NCBI GenBank assembly: GCA_002269645.1
Contig: NIVC01000264.1
Coordinates: 186,001 to 250,000, forward strand
Length of the DNA stretch: 64,000 nucleotides
Origin: Macrostomum lignano
Taxonomy: Eukaryota
Direction: 5' to 3'
The position numbers and the translations under genes are program-made. The notes beneath the pieces were generated by a model. That model ran no database searches, was not told the origin of the DNA, and was given only the letters and a program-made list of their open reading frames with translations. This document shows, piece after piece, positions 42,131-58,810 of this stretch; position 1 is the stretch's first letter, and every line of letters starts with the position of its first letter.

Positions 42131-44368
42131 TTGGCCGGGTGGGAGCTGCGCTGCCGCTTGGAGCTGAATGATGTGCGGCAGTTTGAAGCATGACGTCATC
42201 ATTAGAGAAGAAAACAAAATCCCAGTAGGCAAAAAATTGCTGTGTTTTGTAAAAAAATATTTTACAGTTTTCAGACTTCTATATAAAATTGATTCATAAA
42301 GTGTACTCATATACTGCTAGAGCAATTAAGTGTGTGATAAAATGTTAGTATATACACTGTGCAAGTGCTACTAAAAGTAATAATCTTTGTAAATAGTTTT
42401 GTTCTTAAAGGTCAGTAACAATTTTGAGTATATTTGTTCTTCCAATAGTCAATAATAATATTTATGTAAAAGTTGTATGCATTTTAAACTGAAAATCAAT
42501 ATTTAGCTTTGCTTGCTTTATTCATACATAAATTCACCCTGTTCTAAACTTGTTAATCTAGTCTCCAAATGCTTAGAAATATTTTCAAAGACTTAGTGTG
42601 TTTTTTGAAGGAAGTAGAAAGAAATCATACCATAGATACTACTGATACAAAGAATACCAAGGAGATCAAAGTGAAAAAAAGTAGATCTCAGGAATACATA
42701 TGTAGTACTAAGAAGGATATGACCCTCTAATGCCTAAGGACTAGATAGTGAATGCATAGATAATTGCTACAACATTTACAAAAAGAGTTATTTTGAGAGT
42801 TATCTATAATAAATTCTAGGCCAATAGTAGACTGCTCAGTACACAATAATAATGCTATCAAAAGAAGTAAATACTTAGACTTATTTTTAGATTAATACAC
42901 AGACTTATACTTAGAATCATACTTAGACTTATATTTAGACCATATTCTGAGATCTATCCTTAGAAGTTAATTATAGTTTAGTATAGCTTGGTGGTAGCAG
43001 TAAGATTGAACTATAAAAAAGGATAGAGCACCCCTTATATAATACCAAAATTTAATTTTTATATTTGACTTGGACAAGTGTCTTGTAAAACTTAAAAGTT
43101 TTTAAAAATTAACATAATGACTATTTCTTGCAAATTTAATGCTTTCTTAATATCTGTAGTATATGCCCCCTCTATGCCTTGTTATACTTCTTTTGAATAG
43201 CCTTCTTGACCAATGTGCACTAGTACTAGTCCTTCCCAACTATTGTATAACATTGTAAGCTACATATTGGTAGTGATTCTATATAATAGCTTAGATTTGC
43301 TATCTACAAGACCATGTTTTACTCTGCATACAAGTGCAGTATAATATTTTACCATAATCTAGTTTTAGTTTTAATAATTTTAGTTTACATAAATATACAT
43401 TTTGGCAACAGAAAGTGACTAGTTCAATAAAAAGATAGGCTATTTATACTTGCAAATATACTAATTCACATATTATAGCTTTTAATAAATTATTTATCAA
43501 CTGCCTGATACATATGTATGAATAGGCTACAATTTAATTCAAGGACAGATGATTGAATGTCAATATCTTGAGCATTAACAAAATATCTATTCTTTATTCA
43601 AAGCAGAGTTTTTATATATAGAATATATATATATACCTTAATTTTAAAATTGCACTTTGAAATTGAAAAGTGGATATGGTTTAGGTGTAGTCTTATAACT
43701 TTTTTCTTTTTAAGGTTTAAGCTTTATTTAATAAGAAAAATTGAACTCTGGGCCTTAAAATTACACTTTGAAATTAGGTATAGAGTGCAATTCCGTACCA
43801 TGTCTTAGGCAAAAAACCCAGATCTAAACCAACAATGATATTGAAGGCTAACATTGATAGCTCAACTTCTAAGCTTAGTAAGACAGCCTTCCATTTTGTA
43901 TTCTAATATTCTTATGCAACTATTATATGAGGATTATTGTTATTAATATTTAGCTGATTATATAAGGACAATTGCAATGATTCTAGTGTAAAGCACATTA
44001 AAAGTATGGCTACATATTTGTAGATCTTTGGCAAGAGCACCATTTGGCTTTGGTCTATACTCAACTAAAAGCATATTGGAAAAATATATTTGGTTGAATA
44101 TACCTTAGCTTTGTAATATATTTCTCATAAACATAGGCCTAGGCTCTAATAATAATACCAATGAATAAATTTAGTTTTATTTGCTAAGATTGTTTTTATT
44201 AATTGTTTTTTAGTCAACTATTTTTAATAGGCCTAGATGTTAAAAAATAGTTATTGCAAATGACAAAATGGTTATTGCAAAAGCCTTCTTTGCCATTATA
44301 AACTGTTTTTGTAAAAAATTTCTCAAAGTGGATTGAATTTCTTGGTATAGGGCCAGTATAAGAAATTA

Positions 44369-44743
44369 GGCAGTTGTTATTTGTCCGATGACTAGACAAA
44401 TAGCCTTTTTGCTATTTGTCCAGTTAAATTGCTAACATAAATATCTTATTTGTTTTGTGATGAATATTCTAGATTTTTTTAGACCTTTTCTCGTATAAAG
44501 CAGTGTATTCAATATGTCATAATTTGGTGTATAAGATACACACTAGTATAATAATATAATAATCAAGATACGAGTAAGAAGTCTTTGAAGTCTAGGAATA
44601 TTTACCCTTGTGGTTTTTATAAACTAGATATTTTAACATTATCAATTTAACTGGACAAATAACAAAATGTCTGGTTAGGATCTAGTAACCGGACAAATAA
44701 CCACATCGCTATTTGTCCAGTCACCGGACAAATAACAACTGCC
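44369..44743. mobile_element. Mutator-like MITE, 375 bp
   Basis: ~36-bp TIR GGCAGTTGTTATTTGTCCG(A/G)TGACT(A/G)GACAAATAGC; perfect 9-bp TSD AAGAAATTA at 44360-44368 and 44744-44752. Confidence 0.88.
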
Positions 44744-46460
44744 AAGAAATTATTATTATTAGGCCCCTATTATTTAGGTTATATTAGTTAAGGTCTATAC
44801 TAGGGCTAGGCTAGGCCCTAGTTAAATTTGGCCTAAGCCTAGCCATATCTTTTTGAGATTTTTTATAGTTAGGTTTAGCTTTGTCAGATCTAGGCCTAGC
44901 ATTAAACTAGGCTAGAAAATGAGGATATATATTTTTTATAAAAATCAAAGGCTTAATAAATAGAGCACTTCTTAAATTAAAATGCAAATTTTATAGATCT
45001 AGGCCAGAAAACAGAAGTCTGTATCATGCCATTAACTATCCCTAAAATAGAATCAAGCTGGGATGATGGAATCATGGGATTATGCCATCAAGACAAGATT
45101 GATATCAAGATTTAATAATCAAAAATACAATACCACTGTAACACAAGTTAATAGACCTAACATGTCATACAATAATCGCAGCACAGATACAAAGCCAAAG
45201 GAGTATAGTATAATGTAAACTCGTGTTTTTTTAGTTTTGACGCGAAAAAAACATTCTTTTCTTTTTTATTAGATTAGGCCCCTAGGCTAGGGGCTAGCAA
45301 TAAATGCTATCGAATTTTCTTTTTCAGGTAAAGCATAATTTTCATAATAGATAGCGTTTACATAAAATTATAAAAATTACATAAGTCTACAAGCAGGGCT
45401 AGCAGAACGGATAATTTTAGTTTATAGTAACAATAACAATACAATCCCACGACTCCAATGTAAGCGTGTAATAATGCAGGCTCCTACCCTCAAAAAGTAG
45501 TTGAGAGTAGGGCTTAGTAATACGTAAAAAAGAAGTTATACTCCGGAAACTTTAAATTGCATCCTTATAAAGAGATGTAAAGAAAAAAATCAGTAATAAA
45601 TTTTATAAGCTAATTAATTATTTTGCAGATTAGTGACTTACTCCTTTTTTTAAGTTTATTGTACAAGATTTGCAGCTTGTTATAACAATAAAAATTAATA
45701 TCATGCATTTATATTATTCAAATTAAGATCTTTATTAAACTAGCTAGAGTAGTCAAGAGCTGACTTTAACTCTCTTCTTTAAACAATTATAAAGTTATTG
45801 CTTTTAGAACAGGCAAAAATTTGTTGTAACTTTTTCGGTGTAAAATTTTAAATCGTAGCATTCTACGAAATTCTACGAAATTTCTACCGTCGGTTTTTTG
45901 GTTTTTCGATTTATAAATTTCTGCTTCGCATACGCATTATGTTTAAGAAAATAAAAAGGCGTAACAGGTCTGATACTGCTAAAGAATCTACTGTCCGACA
46001 AGGTGGGTGATGTATTAGTTCTATTAATTTTTTGATGGAATTCGGTTTTTAGCTATAATACAATACTATCAAAATTTCTCGTTTCTTGATCGCTAGGAAC
46101 TTTAAATTATGTGCAACATGCCATAAAATTTTTAACATGCAATTTTTTTGGACTTTGGTAATATTGCTTTGCTTTGCTTTGGTACTAGCTAGGCCCTACT
46201 AGGGGTCAGGCAAGATCTGATCAGGAAAGTTAAAGGATTAAGTCATTGTAAGATCCTCACTTGCACTTCAAAAGGGAAAATATCACATCATGTTTATTGT
46301 TTACCATAGTTCGGAAGGCGACATATATGCTGGGATTTCCCAGTGTACAACAAGGGTCTTACCATTTTTAGCATACATCAGGGTATATCCTGGTGTATAT
46401 AACATAGCAGATACATTGTGTCAAATGACAATTTTTTTGTATTGGCACACAAACCCCAGA

Positions 46461-47159
46461 GGTTGACGGTCATTTCGTCTGCCGCCTTTTCGTCTGCCGC
46501 CTTTTCGTCTGCCAATATACGATATAGTCGTTTCGTCTGCCAATATATATAATATATAAATCGGAATAACTAATTATGTCATCAAGCTTCGCATGGAAGT
46601 GTAATGTAAATGTCTTATTAATTGTAATTTATTATATTATAATGCTAGGATTTTTCTGAAAGTTCCGGAGCTAATATGTTGCATATAAATACACAAAGCC
46701 AGAAGCAAGTATCTCCAACCATTTAGTTTCCTTCCAACTTTCTTTTTACAAATAATTGCAATTTTTTTTAAAATTGTAAAATTTTGTAAATTGTAAATTG
46801 TAAAATTGTAAAATTGTAAAATGTTTTTACAAATTACGCATCAAGTACCACTAGAAGTTACGTTGTAACGGTAACTTCTAGTGGTCCTTGTTACGCATGC
46901 GTCCATGGTGAAAAAATTATCGATAACACCACTTTCTCAGAAAATAACTTCGCATCGATGCGTCGTAGAAAATGAAGAAAAACAAAATGTATCAATATAA
47001 ATAAGAAAACATACTTAAAACTTGCTTATACTAATTTATTTTAATTCCCTACATAAAAAATACTAAATAAGTGAACCAAAATAAACAAATAAAAAAGTCG
47101 TTTCGTCTGCTAAAATTCTTTGGCAGACGAAAAGGCGGCAGACGAAATGACCGCAGACC
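46461..47159. mobile_element. MITE, 699 bp, with TTTCGTCTGCC subterminal repeats
   Basis: Ends GGTTGACGGTCATTTCGTCTGCCGCC / GGCGGCAGACGAAATGACCGCAGACC; 8-bp TSD ACCCCAGA at 46453-46460 and 47160-47167. Confidence 0.85.
46842..46890. mobile_element. 49-bp hairpin micro-element nested in the 699-bp MITE
   Basis: 20-bp arms CAAGTACCACTAGAAGTTAC / GTAACTTCTAGTGGTCCTTG (19/20), 9-bp centre, 8-bp direct repeat TTACGCAT at 46834-46841 and 46891-46898. Confidence 0.8.
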
Positions 47160-48211
47160 ACCCCAGACTCAGGATGGTATACATGTACGCCGGAAAATTC
47201 CGATTTCGGGACAGAAAATTCCGGCGTACTGAGGGACCTAGATTACACATTGGCGTACAACTTGGCATACAAAGGTGCCTGGCGTGCCCTCTTGGCATAT
47301 AGCTTAGCATATAGATTGCTGAGACCAGCAGGTAGGACCAAAAGTTCCTAGTCCCAACAATCAATATACATAATTAGCATACAAAAATGATTAAGTTTGC
47401 ATTTGGCATAGTTTCCATGTACATAGTTACAGTAGCTAAATTTTGATTGGAAAGAATAGCCAGCCCTTTACGAAAAAAGATGGAAAACTAAATTCAAAAA
47501 ACCAGGTTTAACTTTTCTAAGAAAGTAAAAGTAAAACAAAAATAGTTTAAATGAACTATTTTTCTACAGTTTAGTAAAAAGATTTTTAGTTTTAACATAT
47601 AGGTTGTTTGAATATTAAAATTTTGCAAACTTTTAATATTAGTTGTAATTAGTAATTTTTATTTTGGCATATTTTTGTATGCAATAAAAAGTTTGTTGGC
47701 GTACATTGGCATGCATGAGCTACGGAAGAAATTTTCGTTCTGGTGTACAGTGGTATACGATCCTGACCCTGGCACAAACCCAGCGCCATAGTCAGGAAGG
47801 TGGCATAATGTGCACCAGAATAATTTTTTTGGGACGATTTGTGTGCTGTCTGTGTGCTGTCTATGTGCCACTCTTCACGAGTAGAGTTTTCTAAGAAAGG
47901 CCTTCATACAAAAAGCCTTTTTAAAATGTTGCGCATATTTTCATTTTAAACAAACTTAAATTATACTTACAAATAGAGTAATGCAAAATTGACGTTTTTA
48001 GCAATAATTTATTTTAATTTTATTTACTGTTAATTTTAAAGAAGCAAAAAGTTTATCACTGACTTTCTAGACTATACAAATCTCCTTTATTTTACGTAAA
48101 ATTGTTAATTTGCATTATAATTTTTATGCATGTCAGGGACCTTATGCGCCGCAATTATGCGCTGCATGCGCTAGGGACCTCAGTGTGCACCATGATTGTG
48201 TGCCAACAAAC

Positions 48212-48506
48212 GGCAATGGTTAGAGTTCTGGCACAGGAACCCATTTTCTAATGGCTACAGATCTGGCAGTGCCATTATAATATAGATGGAACATTATATT
48301 TTTCTTTCTACAGGTGGCTGATATTGAGATTTTGTTCTAGATTAAAATTTAAGACGATATGATATGATAAGATTTGGGACGAGATGCTTCTAATATTTAG
48401 AATTCTTAAGATATGTTCTTAGCAGTCTTTATATGCTTCTATACGGCACTGCCAGATCCTTAGCTGTTGGAAAATGGGTTCCAGTGCTAGAATTCTAGCC
48501 ATTACC
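48212..48506. mobile_element. Degenerate long-TIR MITE (Mutator-like)
   Basis: ~60-bp imperfect inverted arms (GGCAATGGTTAGAGTTCTGGCACAGGAACCCATTTT...GATCTGGCAGTGCC); flanks CCAACAAAC / CATACAAAC (7/9). Confidence 0.7.
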
Positions 48507-50341
48507 CATACAAACAAGGTCTTGTCATTCTACTAGCATTGAACCCGACATACACTAATATACAATCAAAACTATAGCATGTTTATTTAAAGGCCCAAAA
48601 AGCCTATGTGGCATAGTGCATAGCTCCTATAGTTAGAAAAATGGTCTTTTTCATAGAAAATTCTGGCACAAAAAGTAGCCAAATTCAAGGCTAACATAAT
48701 TGTATAGTTAAATATCAACCAACGTAGAAGGCTCTTTAAAAATAATCAGAAACTAAAATAGAAAATATGAACGCAATCACGAGAAAATCAAAATTAAAAC
48801 AAAGAAGATCAGTTTTTAGCAAAAACAGCTGTTTTCAAGTTTAGTAAAAGTTTTGAGCTCCTAAAAATATATATTAGTTAAAAAATGGCGTATAAACAAT
48901 TTTAGTTTCGGCATAAAATTTTTATTTTGTTTTATGTCTGTAAAATTGAAAAACATGAATTTTCATTCTGGCGTACGCATGCCATGATCCGGACTATGGT
49001 CTTACAGTAGTGGCATACCAAAAAATTTAGTATGTACTGCTTTGTGGAGCATATCAAAAAACTTTGCTGACTCTGTAGTATATGCCAAAAATTTTTTGGT
49101 ACACATTTGAAAAACCTCAAAATGCAAAGCATGCAAATTAAAAAAATATTTGGTTGTCAGTATTCATAGTTGTCATGCAGTGTACATGCCATAGTATGAT
49201 TGTGTATATGCATAATATATATGATTATTTATTTTATAGATTTATATTCTATTTAAAAAATTGAATCAGACCTTCTGTATAAGATTACAGTCTTTTTCCC
49301 TCCTAGTCTATTTGCACATATACTATGTATTTATTTGGCATCAGTGTGCATTTGGTTTAGGATATTCTGGTGTTCACTCAGCATGATCTAGACTATGGGA
49401 TTACTAATTAAAAATATTTTGGTATTCTCCATTCTACTTATGTAGCAATGTGAATCGAATTCAGAGCTGCAACTCTGCTAAATGCGGTTTGTTCTGTCTC
49501 TTGTTTGCCTATCAAAAGTTTCATTTCAAGCGCTCGTTTGAGTGGGTAGTGTGCAACGTTTTTACTGCTTTTGAATTCAAAAGTTAAGTTAATATTTACA
49601 AAACAAGAAAAAACTTTTTATAACTCTCCCTTCTCTATAAAGCTTTCACTTGTTCTAGCACTAAAGTGACTTGATAGCATAGTGTCTAAAACTTGTCTAT
49701 AAAAGACCTAAAGCTGATAGGTGTTTTGGCTAAGACAAATAAGAAATAAAAAGTAATTAGATCAACTATCCCGTTTTTAAAAAAGTATTTTTTTGCTATT
49801 GTCTTTTAGATAAAACATATTAAGTAAATAAAAATTCAAATAGAACCATCTAAATACTCTTAAGATATACTGTATACTTGCTTAAACCTATCTACAATAT
49901 GGCCTATCATTACTTAGGAATGTATAGTCTAGACTAGAATTTTAGAATTCTTTCTAGACTTTCTGGACTTAAAACTATATGATAGCACTTGTATATTTAA
50001 AAGTTGGATAAATAGCTTTTTGTAACCATATATGAAATTTTATGAAATAACAATTGTAGTTATAAAACAAAAATATTTAGTACACGAAGCTAAAACACAA
50101 AAAATTGAAAGTATAGAATTTACAATTTTATATTAGGCCCCTATATGTATTGCATATCATTAATGAAGCAAAGCATAAGGATAAAGTTTAATTGTGATGG
50201 TTTTGCATGGCATATCCTCTCTTCAAATGACAAACTGTTGAGTCTAGTAATCTTGTGAAATATATAAATATTTGCAGTTGAACATCTAAACTAGGGAATA
50301 TTATATAGCATACTTTTCTCCACCTTTCTATACTTTTTTAG

Positions 50342-53405
<3,064 letters not shown>

Positions 53406-53519
53406 AGCTCAGTGTGCTATGTGACTTTTTCTTGTGAATGATGGAAGTAAGGAATAGGCAAGCTGCGTCTGAGAACGGGGTGGTAACGGGACTGAGTACT
53501 GAGCAGTGAGGGACTTGAG

Positions 53520-54210
53520 GGACTGAGTCTGGTGAGCAGGATAGGACTGAGTCTGGTGAGCAGGATAGGACTGAGTCTGGTGAGCAGGATAGGACTGAGT
53601 CTGGTGAGCAGTGAGGGACTGAGTCTGGTGAGCAGGATAGGACTGAGTCTGGTGAGCAGGATAGGACTGAGTCTGGTGAGCAGGATAGGACTGAGTCTGG
53701 TGAGCAGGATAGGACTGAGTCTGGTGAGCAGGATAGGACTGAGTCTGGTGAGCAGGATAGGAATGGGTCTGGTGAGCAGGATAGGACTGAGTCTGGTGAG
53801 CAGTGAGGGAATGAGTCTGGTGAGCAGGATAGGACTGAGTCTGGTGAGCAGTGAGGGAATGAGTCTGGTGAGCAGTGAGGGACTGAGTCTGGTGAGCAGG
53901 GTGGGACTGAGTCTGGTGAGCAGTGAGGGAATGAGTCTGGTGAGCAGGGTGGGACTGAGTCTGGTGAGCAGGATAGGACTGAGTCTGGTGAGCAGGATAG
54001 GAATGGGTCTGGTGAGCAGGATAGGACTGAGTCTGGTGAGCAGTGAGGGAATGAGTCTGGTGAGCAGGGTGGGACTGAGTCTGGTGAGCAGGATAGGACT
54101 GAGTCTGGTGAGCAGTGAGGGAATGAGTCTGGTGAGCAGTGAGGGAATGAGTCTGGTGAGCAGTGAGGGACTGAGTCTGGTGAGCAGGGTGGGACTGAGT
54201 CTGGTGAGCA
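53520..54210. repeat. 24-bp minisatellite (gactgagtctggtgagcaggatag) 3' of RNF113A
   Basis: About 28 copies. Confidence 0.93.
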
Positions 54211-54660
54211 TTGTATGTCGTAAATTTGTAAAACTGACCTTAGGCATTTAATGTTAATTTTAAATGGATTGTAAATACAATGTCTTGCATTTGCGACGAT
54301 TTTTTGTGCAGCAATATTGTTTGACAAATAAAATTTCGCATTGTTTCAAGTTGAAACTTAATTTGTTAAATTTGTACCACAATGTGCAGCTGTGAATGAT
54401 TTCTGTGCTGATGCGTTAATTATTTGCTTGGGTCCCAAAAATATTTGCTTGGCATTGAACCAGGGGTCTTGGCGCGAGAGTCCTCAGGCTTTGTTTTCCG
54501 TAGCAGCGCTAGGGAAGGGGTTAAATGTTTGAATATTTATCAAGGTCGACTTTATTAAGAAACGCAGGACGACAGCAGTTCCTGTTAAGGCAAACAGCCA
54601 AGTTGCTTACGGATGGATGCTATTTATAAAGCAAGATTCTGAAAATATTTTCATCGTAGT

Positions 54661-56368
54661 ATGTCTTGGCAAATGCGATTACTTTTAATATTTCCTGTTT
54701 ATCTACATGTTGTCAAAGGTTTCTATGCTATAATTGTAAGGGCCAGAATTTATGAACTGCTAATGCTTCGGTACAGGAAAATAGGTATCCGCAAATCGCT
54801 GCTCAGCATCCTACTATATTTCAGGCGAGCTCCCCAGTCGCCGGAGCCGCGTGCTGAGCACCTGGCAGTCCTCATTTGGCGATGGACCAGCAGATTCTAC
54901 AGCAGAAGCCAGGATGATGAAGAATCCATATTGAGCAACAAGACACTCAGCTAGTGCGTCCAAAGCGCCAGCAAGCACGAGGCAGACGGCGGGTTTCACT
55001 GGTTCGCAGTGCAGCTGAATGAGCCAGTGCTCATCAGATCTGTGACTGTGAAGGGCAGAGAGGGTGAGTCACTCACTCAAATGCGTGCTCAAAGTCTGCT
55101 GTCTCTGCTCACGGTGCTCTCGCATTCCAGATGGTGCATCGTGGGTCTTTGAAAGAGCCAGAGGCATTGAGATCTGGACATCAGACAGCAGCAGTCAGCT
55201 GTTCTCAGGAGATCACTGCAGCTCAAGGAGCATGAGCAGCCAGTTCAGAGAGTCCCAGCAGCACTGGATGATGTTCGGTTTTAGTCGCTTTAGTCTTGAG
55301 AAATCAAAACATTGTCTTCAGTAGTAAACTGAAGCAGCCCCGAGTGAAAAAGTTACCTGTTTGTGCCATTACCATCGCAGATCAGACACCTGCTGCTCCG
55401 CAAAGACGTATCCGCGATTCAATCGTCAAGCTATTTCGACTTCCTAAGCATAGCAGATCTCAGGCTGCAGAGAATGCAATTAAGTTAGTCTGCTTCATGG
55501 TTTTGAAAATGGTCTGGTTGTTATCAGTCACAGTTCTATTGTACATTTCAGAGATTTCGAAGCCCCAAATGGTTCTAGAAGGATCCAACTTCACGGTGCG
55601 CTGTGTTCCCCACTGTCAGGGCTGCGGTCTGTCCGGAAATTGTAGCATCCCTCAGCTCTGCTTTCCATCTGGCAGCTGTGTAGTCGGTCAGCAGGTGCAA
55701 CTTTTTAAGGCGCGGCTTCTGCACTCTGGAAACTTCACCTGCTAACTAGGTCACGTTGTGAGGCGTACAGTATATCCGTCACTGTTCTGCGTGAGTACGA
55801 TTTGGGCAGGAACTTGTGCAATTATCTTGATATTTCAACTCGCGGATGTTATTTTAAACACTCGACAGGTCATTGTCGTTCATCAAGTGAACCATTTTTG
55901 GGGCAGTTTTCGCAGCGGTCCTTGTCGCTGTCGGATTCGTCCTTGGCTTCGTGACTGCGACCATCATTGTGTGCGGGTTTTTCCGAGTAAGTCGTGCTCG
56001 GTGAGATCCCCGAGTTTGTAAGAATCTTTCTGATTAAGAGTTTCAAATTTTCTGCTATTATCGATAGTATTATTAATTATAATTATAATTATTCAAAAAA
56101 ATTATTTCGATAGTTTTCGATAGAGCCGACGAGCCGGGACTTATATACGCTTGTGCGGCCCCAAAAATATCCCAAACTTTCTCAAGACATCTTGTTATCA
56201 ATAATATTCCGCAGGGTGCTGCGTGCTTATCTGTCATCTGAACAACCTCACGCTCTGCTTTGCACACTACTACTACTACTAAAGCCCGTTTTCATGCGTC
56301 TTATTATCGTTTTTATTCAGGTGTCCGCCTACTGGCGCAGTCCTGCTGGAGTTAACACAGTCGGGGTG
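54661..56368 (+). pseudogene. Disrupted paralog of the F-type lectin/Ig receptor (copy A); exons ~54661-54718, 54825-55063, 55131-~55268, 55381-55483, 55549-~55790, ~55871-55984, 56321-56368
   Basis: Same exon series as copy B. Lesions: 1-nt deletion near 54890, TAG at the TAC position (~54932), loss of the end of lectin exon 2, TAA after the Ig cysteine (~55744), and further frameshifts before the Ig donor and the TM segment. A possible extra exon lies at ~57301-57367. Confidence 0.75.
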
Positions 56369-58249
56369 GTGAGTCGATAAAGCGCGACTGTGAAGTCTTT
56401 TATGCTGCTCAGCTTGTTCGAGCATACGAACGATCGATCATACGAACGAAATTTGTGAACTCCGACAGTATAGGCTTTCGGTCTGACTTCTGATTGAATT
56501 CTTGATCGAGGTTTGGAATTCTATATTACGCGCGTACATTTTCAATACCCCTTTTCTATGTAATCTAGTAATTCTATTTGTATCAAAGCACTAATAAAGT
56601 TCGTCTAGTACTGCTTTCTAAAACAGCTGCATGGCTGCTGGCTTTCTGTTATAACCTAAACCTTTGGCGCTCTCGTAGTCTTTTCTGTGCGACTGTTGCT
56701 TTTTTAATCCTGAACTCACACAAGTACTCGCGGTCTCTTGAACGATTCAGTTTATTCACAAACTACAAAATAAAAACAGTCTTCATTAACTAGACTCAAT
56801 GAAGACCAAATTACTAAAGAATTTTGTAAGGTGCAAAATTCTAGAAGCGGAGTTGCATCTGAGGGATAGGTGTCATGGTTTCTGGTGGAAGTGGCAGCCA
56901 TCAATTCGACACGTATTGATAATGTAGAGTACTGAATAAAGTTACAGAAAAATAAGGACGCTCTCTTATTCCCTTCAGAATGAAAGTCTATCAACAAGCG
57001 GGGTGTCAAACAAGTCGCAGCCGTGAGCAATAGAATTCCATAGCATCCTTGCGAGACGATCTAGACAAAAATGCTATCGCTAGGGATACATTTGGCTGCC
57101 TCGCAACAAGGACGTCACGGGGGCATTCCATATAAATAATAGTACTGGCTTATGTACAGTATAACAACAAGGTACACCTCGCCCAGCTTCTCGTGAGACA
57201 GAGTCCTACGGTGGCTATATTTAAGTGCAATTTCATCCCAGTTGCTTGAGCGAGTCAGACCGGGTGTCTGTGCACTTTACATTTTTTGTACAATACCACA
57301 GCCGGTAACAAAAATGAGGACAGATGCAGCAGCAGCAGCACTGGAGCTGATGGGGCACGGCAACAGGTGAGCTTCTCTGCATTGGCAGTTGGAGTGGCTG
57401 CAGTCAGGTATCATTTTATCTATAAAAAAGAGACTATTGTGCTATTAACGTCCTTGAGAGTGAAGTGTACATGCCTAACGATAAATAAAGTTAGGGCCGC
57501 TGTACACTCCTGTGCGAGTTGTGTGCCTGTGCGAATGACTGCGTACGTATCCGCGCTTGTGTGCCTGCTCGGCAGAGTCGGCGGAATGGGCAGCAATGCC
57601 TCTCTCTGGCCGGTTGTGCGACAATGTCGCTTATGCGCCACGATGCAGACAGCGCCTGCCTCTTAATAAGAAGGCTCACGGGGGATTGCTTAGCTGCTGA
57701 GGCTCAATCGGGAAGTTCCTGGTAGGCCAAACATCAAAGGGATGTTGCTGAGATGCCAACGGTCAAGAGGATCGGCTTGATGCCAAGGCTCGAAGGAAAT
57801 GCTGATAGCTCGTATATCTTAGACTAAAAAGCTGGCTTTCAGGGCGGCTGCTTTTTGCTTTGGAAATCTTTTTCTTTAAGAAACTAACAATTGTGACTCT
57901 AGAGCGCTTTATGTACATAAAAGACTGCCAGATGCTGTGAACTATAAGCAATTGCTACACCGATATGGCAATGCATCGATAAGCGGTCAGCTTTGTCATT
58001 AAAATTAAATATGTCATTGGAATATGAGGACAGAAACATGTCATAAGAGTAAACATAGCGAGTGTTGTCGTAAATAACAAGGAGGCCAATTTACTGGCTT
58101 GTGAAACCATGCTTTGAACTTGAAATAGCCGATTAAGGGCAATTTAGCTGAAGAGGAAATGCGTCATCCATTGCGCCTCAGCCACAACTCCTGTGTCTCT
58201 GAATACTATATGGAATAGCAATTATAAACCTTTAACTGTGTTGGTCATT

Positions 58250-58560
58250 CTTTGTCAGCACAATGTCAGTCCCCTTGTCCTTCCCCCGGTTTCCGCAGGG
58301 CCCAGCTTGGACTCAACCGCAAGGACACCAGGGCGGTAACCACGGCCCTCTCGGGTCATGACTGTTTTGTCAGGCACGAACCTCTCCGACGTTTTCAAGT
58401 CCTAGAATCTCTGCCAGTTCGTCCGCTACCTAAGAGCTACCGGGTGAGCGACCATCCACCTCCTGGGGGTTTGCGGAATGGGCGGCGACGCCTCCCCGCT
58501 GTATCCGGATGTCCAGAATTCCCCTGCAGCTAAGTCAAGCACAATGTTTGACACATCAAA
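58250..58560 (+). mobile_element. 3' fragment of a non-LTR retrotransposon ORF2 (internally deleted)
   Basis: LGLNRKDTRAVTTALSGH followed, in another frame, by NLSDVFKS*NLCQFVRYLRATG*, as at LINE ORF2 C-termini (L..LTGH ... F+..TG). Confidence 0.5.
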
Positions 58561-58810
58561 ATCTTTTCACATATACCTGTGGCTTTTCAACTCAGTGATT
58601 TCATTATATTTAGCCACACAATTTCGCCTTTCGACAGCTTTTTACAGGTGTAAACTATATTTATTTAAACCATAGCCATTACTGCTGTCTGAATATTGAT
58701 TTAAACAGTTCTTGATGTTTTGAATAATAGAATTTGAATATGACAGGGATACTGGTGCATAAGCAATTCGTGTCCATCTCCTTTTTCAAATTTCCGCAAA
58801 TCAGACAGAC

